DNA from: Blastocystis sp. Blastoise
Lineage: Eukaryota; Protista; Bigyra: Opalinata
Reading direction: 5' to 3'
Assembly (NCBI GenBank): GCA_039096225.1
Contig: JBBPEB010000025.1
Location: 186,001 to 250,000 of the forward strand
Length of the DNA: 64,000 nucleotides
Under the pieces are notes generated by a model. The model was not told the origin of the DNA. It ran no database searches and saw only the letters and a list, made by a program, of their open reading frames with translations. A program made the translations under genes and the position numbers. Shown in pieces: positions 54,301 through 64,000 of the stretch. Within the stretch, counting starts at the first letter, position 1; every line of letters begins with the position of its first letter.

Positions 54301-57300
54301 AAGTAACTTTGTTTCTCCATAAGTAGAAAAATGAATATTTCCATAGAAATATGAATATTTATAATCTTCATCAGACATATGAGTTTCAATAGCTATTACA
54401 AAAGATGTAATTGGAATATTGGATGAAGATAATGATATGTTTTCTTTAGTAAATGAAGAGATTAAGAAATCATTTGTATACACAAATAAACAATCATCAC
54501 ATGTTGAATCTGCTAAAGTAGAATCAGTAATCGTCGTATCAGGTATGTGAAATCTTTCTATTTCTATACCATTTATATATAGAATAAGACCTGATTTATA
54601 ATGTAATGTTAGAACAAATGAATAATAAGAAGTGATTGAGGTTTCTATAACTTTACGATAATACGTAGTTATATGTACAGGAAAAGGTAACTGATGATTT
54701 TGAGCTTCCAACCAATCAGAATCATCATAATGTAATGATAACCAATCAAATCCAATCCTGTTTTGTGAAGATGTATTTATTTCCACAGATTTCGAGTTAT
54801 TATAAAGAAGAGTATTATTTTGTTGGGTAGGCATAGGATCCATAGAGTTCCATATATGCCATATAGTATTATAAATAGAATCATATATACTTAAAGTAAA
54901 TGTAGTTATAATAGTAGGTTGATATATAGTAGGTGCATAAGATATTAAGAATTGATTATTTGAATATATTTCTATATATGAATCATCCCATCCTTCCCTT
55001 AGAGAGTCAAAGAGATATAAATTATATATACCTTCAAAGATACACATTGAAACAGTAATATTTGTGTTTTCTGGAATATTCTTAATAGAGTAAATATGCT
55101 CTTTTTTACTATTACTTATATAAAGCTGTTTATTTTTATGTTTAATATTAGAATAAGAATATATATTAAGATGAAATAGAGAATGAATACCATGACAATA
55201 ATCTATAGTAATAGTCAATGAACAGAAGTGTTTATTCCCAAGAATATCTTCAACTTCTATAGTCACCTTTTGTGATTTGGTAAATACAATAGGTTTACCA
55301 TAGATATATCCATTATTACTATCTATATGTAAACCTATAGGAAGAATACCATCATATATAGAGAAGGAATTGTAGTAATTAACTATAGTCTTATCTGAAT
55401 CTAAATTAGATGTATTCTCAATAGATGTATATAAAGAGAAAGAAGGAAGAGGCTGAAATACATTGAAAAGAAAAGTAAATGAAGTATTATTAGAATTATT
55501 ATTAGAAGTATTATTATTATTAATATTATTATTAATATTATTATTAATATTATTATTAATATTATTATTATTATGAATATTATGAATATTAATATTATTT
55601 ATATTATTACTATTACTATTAGAAAAAGAGAATAAAGAAGCTAGAGACATATACTGAGGAATAATAGGATCGATATCAGTATCATGTATATATGTATATG
55701 TATTATTTGAATATGCAATTACAGTAGGTTCAACAGTACATAAATTAATAGCTTGAAATTCTATTTCAGCAAATCCAACAGAAGGTTGAAGTTTATAATC
55801 ACTTAGTCGATAAACAACAAGAACATAAATAGGAAATGGTTTTATATGATTTGTCATTAAGAAACAACGTCTTTCATTTCGTTTTGTCCATAATATATTA
55901 TTCCTTCTATCTAAATTAGTACATTTCTTGATATCTGCATAATTATGAGGACATCCATATATAGACCAAGAATGTGGATCTTGTTCTGGCATATCTGGAG
56001 CAGTTACTATACAATAACTATTATAATATAAATCATCTAATTGTCTTTGAAAGTAAATAGTTATAGTTGCAGAACTTTCTAGAAGACTTCGAAAGACATA
56101 AGACCATTTTGTATTATAAGAATGATCCATTAGGTTATCACATTGATAAGGATATTTATATGAACAATTCAAAGAATAGAAATCATTACGTATCATAGAC
56201 CCCCTCGTTTCATAGAATTGTATCGATATTTGATGAAGTGAAGTATATAGAGATGATAATTGTGTATTTCTAAAGAGAAGAATCCAAGCAAATGTATTAT
56301 TCCCTTGAATACAATAAGGAGAAGAAGGGAATGAAATATGGCGTAATACAGGCTCTGTAGATGTATATGTAGAATACGTATTAGAATCAATAATAGTACT
56401 ACTTATATATGTACGATATATTTCATATCCATTTATATAAAGTATGAATCCAGCTGCAGAATGAAGTAATATATCGATAGTATGACCAATATAAGAAGAT
56501 GGAATATATATAGTTTTACGATATCGTTGAAGATGATAATTAATAATAACATCATTTTTAATATATGTATCTGAAAGTATCCACGAATTATCTAGAATAT
56601 AATCAGGTAGATACCAATTATTAGGAACAAGAATAGGTGTAGTATGACAATAGATTGAAGGATCATTGAAATAAATTACATAATGAAAAGGAAATATAAC
56701 TTGTTCTATGAATGATTGAGATAAATGAAAAGAAAAGTAAGACACATAAATATCAGGTAATAGAGTAGTAGAAAGAGAAGAAGATGATGATGATAATAAT
56801 GATGAATGTGATAATGATGAATTTGATAATGATGAATTTGATAAATTTGATAAATTTGATAAATTTGATAAATTTGACGATGAATTATTATTTATATTTT
56901 TTATATTTATCATTTTAGAAGAAGAAAAAATATATGTATAGAAATTAATATTAGAATCAGGGTCCCATGTAGTATATTGATAATTACTAAATTTTAGAAT
57001 ATACTCACCTTCTTCAAGACATACCATAGAATCATAAATAGTATATAATCCAGAATGATAATGAAGAAGATAATGATCTGATGTATATATAGAAAAGAAT
57101 TCATCATAAGGAGTTGAAATAGAAGAAGAAAAGGAAATAGAAAGAGGAATATGGGTATCTATAGAGCAACTACTAACAATAATAGTGATTGTACAGTATA
57201 CATGCTGATTAGTAGATACAGAAATAGCACTAATAGTAATATTATTTGCATAATTCATTGTAGGTATACCTTCAAATGTACCAGAATAAGAAGAAAATGT

Positions 57301-59032
57301 AATACCAAGAGGTAGAACTGATGGTATTAATATAGAGAAATCAGAATAACCAGAAGAAATAGGAGGTTCATATATAGTATAACCAATATACCAATGAAAA
57401 ATTGAAGATTTATATTGAAAAGAAGAAATATAAGGAGCATCATAATACCCTAATATCTGAAATTCAGAAAGTTCAGCTGTGGATGAAAAACTCTGAATAG
57501 AATCAATATTGAGTCGAATAGATTTATAACTTTGATTATTACTATATATAGGAATATATATAGATTCTTTACGACCTAAAGAAGAAGGAAATGTAATTCT
57601 TTTTAGTAATACATAAGTAGTACCATCAGTAGAGCCATATATACTCACATTATCAGGATCATAAAGGAAAGAATGAGAAGTAGACACAAATTCTACTATA
57701 TTAAACCATTCTTTATGGTTTTCTGGAAATATATAATCAATAGAACAATTCGTTTTTAATATACAGGACCAATATGTTCTTCTATTATTATCAAATAAAT
57801 AAGAAGGTGACTGAAAAGATATATTTTGCTTCTCTTTATTAGTATCTGTAGAAAATAAAGAAGATATATTCATCTTTTTATTTGTATTATGTTGAACAAT
57901 CGATCCCTGAATAAATCTATTATTCTTTTTCCCTATGAGCGGGAAATGAAGAATCGAAAGAAGATCTTTCCCGGGAATATGTATATTTGTCGAATGAACT
58001 TCAATAGCTATAATAACAGTATCATTAATTGTTCCAATACTTCGAGTATCAATAGTATATATAGTATCTATATAATCAGGATCTTCCTCAATAGCATAAG
58101 TAGTAGGAACGATAGTAATACCTTCACGAAAATGTTTTCTTAATAATTCATAACCATTTAAATAAACAGCTATAGCTTCTTTAGATGTTACACATAATAT
58201 AGACTCCGTATATATAGAAAGAAAGGAAGGAATCGTATAAAGAAATCGATAGTACCGCGTCACTCGTAACGTATCTGGGAATTGACCAATAGAATATAAG
58301 GTCCAAGAATCATCTGTATAAGATACTGATTTCCATGAATTCGAATATTGAGGAAGAATAGTATAATGAGCAGAAGAAGAAGAGGATAAATATAAAAATG
58401 CTATATAATAATATAATTTATATGATCAAAAAAAAAAGTTCTTATTTTATGTATATTTAAATATATATTGATTTTTATAAGAATATAATTATATATTTCT
58501 ACATAATACAATTAAGTAGCAACAATAATAATATTAATTAATTATATATATACTTGAAAAATGGTTTACTAATCGTTTTCCATTATCTAAACGACTATAA
58601 AGAATAGGTATGTTCTCTAAGTAAATCGTAAATGTAGATCCAGAATCCCATCCAGATTCATGTCTATTAAATGAAATATATAGTTATATATCATATATTA
58701 TGAAACAAATCATATATTAGATTTAAAAAAATACTGATCTTCTGACACTACAGAGTAAAAGCCTGGATCTAAATAGATTTTGTATTCCTTCTTGGAGTAA
58801 TCTTCAAAATCTTCGTTCATATAAAAAATAAGGTCAGTAAAGTCAGAGAGACCAGTATAAATGGCCAGACTTTCTCGATAAGAATTAGTTGAGAATTGTC
58901 TCTGTACAGTTACTACAACTTTGCTATCATTCTGTTTGGCAATAACGAGATCTATAGGTGATATATATACATCATATAATTAGGTGTAAATATACAAATA
59001 AAGAATAATAGCAAGAGATTAACAGTGAACAT
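51361..59032 (-). CDS. about 2,470-aa type I membrane surface protein with putative-Ig (He_PIG/cadherin-like), discoidin-like and Cys-rich repeats
   Basis: ATG at 59032 with signal peptide MFTVNLLLLFFI|YLVIA. Three short introns lead into the 2300-aa ORF. Six LPxGLx(I/F)xxxxGxIxGxP repeats, three (L/I)FDxxxxTxW..P..W.(I/L).G modules, five CxxDxxW..C..R.C modules, and a TM helix MLYVFITIICILILFIYIIYLYY near the C-terminus. Confidence 0.85.
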
Positions 59033-59349
59033 AGACTTTAGTTATGCCAATCTTAAATAAATGTTAAGAATAATCACTGATTAAGGCAAAAAGAAAATAT
59101 CTCCTTTTTATTCATTATTGCTAGATTTTCAGAGAAAACATGTATATCCCCATGATTATTTTTATTAATTAAAAAGTGTAAAAAAAGTCACTGAATATAA
59201 TTTCTTTTTCTTTTGTTGCTTTACTTGACTATATTCATATTCACACATAAAAGTAATTCGAAATTCGATGTTTCTTGAAATTACAATAACAAATAAAAGC
59301 TTATTGAGTGAAATTAAATACAACAAACATAACTATTCTTTTAAAGAAA

Positions 59350-59911
59350 TTACAACTTAAGATCATCGATAATAAACTTGCCTAATTGTCCCAGCCTATA
59401 CATCTTTATAAGTTGTTGATTTGCTTCTAATGGTGATTTTTTGCTTTTTCCATAAATGACATTTTGAATCTAATAAATTGATATAGTTATGTAAAAAATA
59501 AATCATATACATCTACAATATTATCTGTTGGTGCTTTTAGATTCAATAGCTATAGTAAAAATAAGATTATTGTATAGATAATCATTGTATACTTGAACAT
59601 ATTTGAATTGTTCTTTTTTGTTTAATAAATATAATAAGTAATCTGCTAAAATATCTTCTCCAACTATCCTATCTTTAACACTTCCTAAAAATATTATATT
59701 GATTATGAATGATGTGAAAATAGAGTAGAGATATTTCAGTATATATATAATTCTATACCAATTAAAGCCAATTTTAATCCAACTTCATTTTGTTGAATAT
59801 TAGGAATAAAAATACCAGGAGTATCATATAAATATATATCTGGATTCACATGAACCTATAGAGAGTTAAAAAAATAGTTTTATATTCTATATATTCTTGT
59901 TACTAGATATT

Positions 59912-59952
<41 letters not shown>

Positions 59953-60862
59953 TTTAATAGGATGAATAGTTTTTGTAACACCAGGTTGACCAGCGACTTT
60001 TACACCCTTTTCTATATATACATATATATAAAATATAATATATATAACTATATATATACATAAAACATAATATATAAAACATATCTAAATATATATATAT
60101 AATATATTATATATAACTATATATATATATATAAAATATAATGTATAAAATACATATATATACATAAAACATATATATAATATAATATATAAAACAATAT
60201 ATATACTATTTCTAGTATCATTATAACATTTAAGCATATCATTAATAATAGTACTTTTTCCTACATTAGGAATACCACAAATCATATAATAACAACCAGA
60301 TATTTTAAATTTAGGAGGAGTAATTTGAACCATCGTTGACAAAATACTGTTGATATTAGAACGATTAATATGAGAAGTGAAGATCACATTCATTTGTTGA
60401 GATTTACAATATGATTTCAATTGATTTTTTTCTTCTAAAGATATAAGATCTGATTTGTGCATCAGGATACACTTTGGTTTATTGGAAAACAGTTTATCTA
60501 ACTCAGGATTCTGAGATGAAATGGGAGCTTTCAACAATTAAGAATATATTATAGTTGCAATTTATCTAGTTAAATATCACAATATGGAAATAAAACTATT
60601 TGTATTCAATAATAACAAAATAAAAACGAAAATGGGTAATCCAAAGATAAATAAAATGAATAAAAGATATCCTTGCATCACGAACTTCTAAAATAAGGTC
60701 TAAGTGAGGTAATTTCCTTTGAATTACTGTTGTAGCTCTTGCCATATGTCCAGGAAACCTAAATTATTATTATTATTGTAAATAAATAAGTATATATAGT
60801 CTATACCAGTTGATCTTCCCGGAAAACTCAAAGCAAGTTCGAAATGTATTCAATGAAGACAT
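59350..60862 (-). CDS. MTG1: mitochondrial ribosome-associated GTPase (RbgA/YlqF family), 8 exons
   Basis: INW|FPGHMARA, EVRDAR|APISSQNP, HKSDL, GIPNVGKSTIIN, QPGVTK, YDTPGI, GLKLALIG, YRLGQLGKFIID. Confidence 0.92.
60529..60670 (-). other. U12-type AT-AA intron (142 nt)
   Basis: GAT GCA AGG|ATATCTTTT ... TTCTTAAT TGTTGAAA|GCT CCC ATT. I found no other junction that gives the conserved EVRDARxPxSSxNP. Confidence 0.75.
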
Positions 60863-61242
60863 GATGGATTTAATTAAATACAAATATTGATTGATTTCTA
60901 TAATATTTCAGTTGTATCTATTCTATACTATAAAATTATTATGGAAATTTAATTAAAATCAAAAGATTACACAGAATAAAACGATTTACATAAATTATTT
61001 TGTTTTAATAATAACTTTATGATTATTTTTCATTGTATATATATATGATTGAAAAATTTGAAAAAATGATTATGATCCATTTATAAAAACAAAAACAAAT
61101 AAATGTATGAAGATATAAATCTTTATACAATCATATCATATCATATAGAAATGACCAGAAAAAGATAAAACACGATGTAGAAAACAAATAGGAAACATAT
61201 ACTTTTACATATACATAAAAAGAAGAAAGAAAAAAGAGTTTC

Positions 61243-61394
61243 TTAGTTTTTATATTTTTCTATACCTTCTTTAGTAATAATACAAATATGATTAATACAA
61301 CGAAGTTGTTGGTTATAATCAAGACCAAAACCAATCTATAAATATATAATAAATAAATATACAGAGAGAGAAAAACTGGATATTATATAAATAG

Positions 61395-61438
<44 letters not shown>

Positions 61439-62226
61439 ACAAATTTATCAGGAATACTGAATCCACAATAATCAGCTTTAAATCCACAAGAAAGAGGAGT
61501 ACGTTTTTCAAGAAGAGCAGCTACCTATATATATATATATATACAATAATAAAGTAATTAATTCTTTAAAATTTTATTAATCATATAATAACAGATTCCA
61601 ATAATACTTTAAATATATATATATATATATATTATAATAAGAGTATTATACTATAGGATTCTATTATAAATATGATATTTATCTATATACATTAATAGTA
61701 GACACTCCAGATTCTTTAAGATAAGGAACAAGACGACTCATGGTAATACCAGTATCAATGATATCTTCGACTATTAAGACATTCTTTCCTTTTAAGGTAC
61801 TTACATCAATTCCAGAGATAGATACATTACCAGAAGAAGAAGTTCCTTCGTAACTTTTCACTTTAACAAATTCATAAGAGAAATCAAGGTTATAATTCAT
61901 AAGTTGATCAATTAAAGAGGCAAAGAAAGGTTGAGCACCTTTTAAATATAGTATAGAATTTAAAAATATAATGATTTAACGAGATAAATTTAAAAATAAA
62001 ACGTTTTTATCTTTTGATCACATACTTTTAATACACAGAGAACAACTAAAGAAGCGTCGTTATGGTCGGTGTAGATATCATGAGCTAACTTTGCAACACG
62101 ATCGACAATCATACCATGGGGAATCAATACAGATTCAACACAATCATCAAATTGTTTAGGAACATAGAAACAGTCCTTATCATAAACGGCGTTATCGGCG
62201 ATGTTAATAATACCTTCTCTACCCAT
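61243..62226 (-). CDS. HPRT: hypoxanthine-guanine phosphoribosyltransferase (4 exons)
   Basis: [21 protein letters not shown]|[39 protein letters not shown]|IGFGLDYNQ. Confidence 0.95.
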
Positions 62227-62737
62227 AGTGGAATTGATCAAAAAATGAAAGAATAGTCAAAAATGTAAACCATGAAAAATCAAAAAAAAATTCTTGGTTG
62301 TAGAAACAGCCGTATTTGATTGGATGAACAGGTTTCGTTTATGAAACAGACACCCTATTATCGAAAAAGGACTTTCTAGGGAAGGTTTTTCAGATTTAAA
62401 AATGTGTAATTATCGAGATCAAGTCGGATTTTATTGAGTAAAGAAATAGATTTAATTAATTTTTACATCTATCGATGAAAATGTATCGTGTCCAGAAAAG
62501 AATTAGTCAATAAAATATTTTAGATGCGTAGAATATATACATTGGAGTTAGTATTTGATATTAGAATTGCGTTTTATGATTGTATATACAAATATTTTTA
62601 AATGATAAACTACAAAGGTTAATTAGACAAAAACTGTTTATTAAGTGTAAAAAATGAATACAAGAGTAACTTAGTATTTACATTTTACAATATGTAGCGA
62701 CGTGTACATAGTTCAATATGGATTATTTGGAAAAAAA

Positions 62738-64000
62738 TTAGAGATCACCCCAAGGTACCCATGTATTATTATGTTTAGATGGAGCACCATTAGGGTCTGT
62801 GGAAGGAACATAAGGATTGACATAAGTTTCTAATTAAGAATATGAGAATAGTGTATAAATAATTATAATAAAATATATTTAAATACTCATATAACGAACA
62901 AGTCTAGCTAATAATTCCTCAACAACCTAGAGATAGTAATAAATAAAAATATTAATATAATAGTATATATGTACATCAGGATGATCAGTCATGCATTCAT
63001 TGTGTTCTGTTGGATCCTCTTTGACGTTAAATAATTGTAAACGGCTTTCTTCAGAATAATTCATAGATTTTAGTAATTCTCTTTGTCTCCCTGTTGTAGC
63101 TTCTATATATATTATATATTATATATTATATATTATATATTATATATTATATATTATATATTATATATTATATATTATATATTATATATTATATATTATA
63201 TATTATATATTATATATTATATATTATATATTATATATTATATATTATATATTATATATTATATATTATATATTATATATTATATATTATATATTATATA
63301 TTATATATTATATATTATATATTATATATTATATATTATATATTATATATTATATATTATATATTATATATTATATATTATATATTATATATTATATGTT
63401 ATATGTTATATGTTATATATTATATATTAATAATAAAATATTATTATATTATATATTAATAATAAAACATTATTATATATTATATAATAATAAGGTATCC
63501 AAAATAGGATCATTTCTAATAAATATAATAATATATATAAACTATACATAATACTATATATACTCTTATTAAGATCTTGAGCTTTCTCAATGGTCATATC
63601 TTCCAGTTGCCAGCTATAAGGACATCCTGTGTCTCCTACCAAGAGTTTCCATTCCTTATATATTATACCGCCCATAGGACCATTAAACCCAGTTGTATCC
63701 ATATTCAATATAATCTATAAAAAAATGTAAAAATAATAATGAAATTATATTTAGTATAATCTATAAAAATTATATATAAAAATAATAATGAAATTATATT
63801 CAATATAATCTAAAGAAAATATATAAGAATAATAATAATATATAATATTTAGAATTACTATACAATAACAATAAAATGATATATGCTATATTTAATAATA
63901 TATATATATACTTCATCACGAACTCCCTCTTGGGTATCCACAAGATCGTTCCATAAACTGTAACCGTCAAGATCCAGCACGTGCTTATGATTCTCAATAG
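62738..64000 (-). CDS. arylsulfatase (ARSB-like), 3' part; 5' end lies beyond the window
   Basis: LDGYSLWNDL..RDE|IILNMD..YKEWKLLVG..QLFNVKEDPTEHN..HPD|VVEELLARL..DPNGAP..TWVPW-TAA. Confidence 0.82.
63104..63426. repeat. intronic 7-nt tandem repeat (ATTATAT)n
   Basis: About 45 copies abutting a 3' splice site of the sulfatase gene. Confidence 0.92.

Overview
Very AT-rich (about 20% GC by eye), intron-dense eukaryotic nuclear DNA. The gene content (BTB/TLDc family gene, putative-Ig surface protein, short introns) fits a Blastocystis-like stramenopile, but this is inference only. Manual splicing gives 19 protein-coding genes and one tRNA-Ile(AAT). The genes are: a GPI-type EGF-repeat surface protein, a (Gly-Pro-His)n micro-protein, TRM11, a divergent CDK, a CTC1-like OB-fold protein, an alpha-kinase, an NCKX exchanger, MRPL47, TFIIB, KIN17, LSM5, a TLDc protein, a ~2,470-aa Ig/discoidin surface protein, MTG1, HPRT, the 3' part of an arylsulfatase and three hypotheticals. 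Most short ORF-track entries are exon/intron chimeras or microsatellite artefacts. The strongest unusual signal is splicing-related. Three minor-spliceosome (U12-type) introns (two AT-AC, one AT-AA) occur among roughly 100 hand-counted introns; all are phase 0 with a variant ATATCTT donor, and two sit in one apparently lineage-specific surface-protein gene. Major introns are typically bracketed by self-complementary (TA)n ends. Also notable: a recurrent GC-rich palindromic motif family (TTCCCRYGGGAA and half-sites) inside gene bodies, and two head-to-head genes each inflated by about 2,200 aa of low-complexity sequence, one of them inside the kinase N-lobe. All gene models are by eye and unverified by transcripts.
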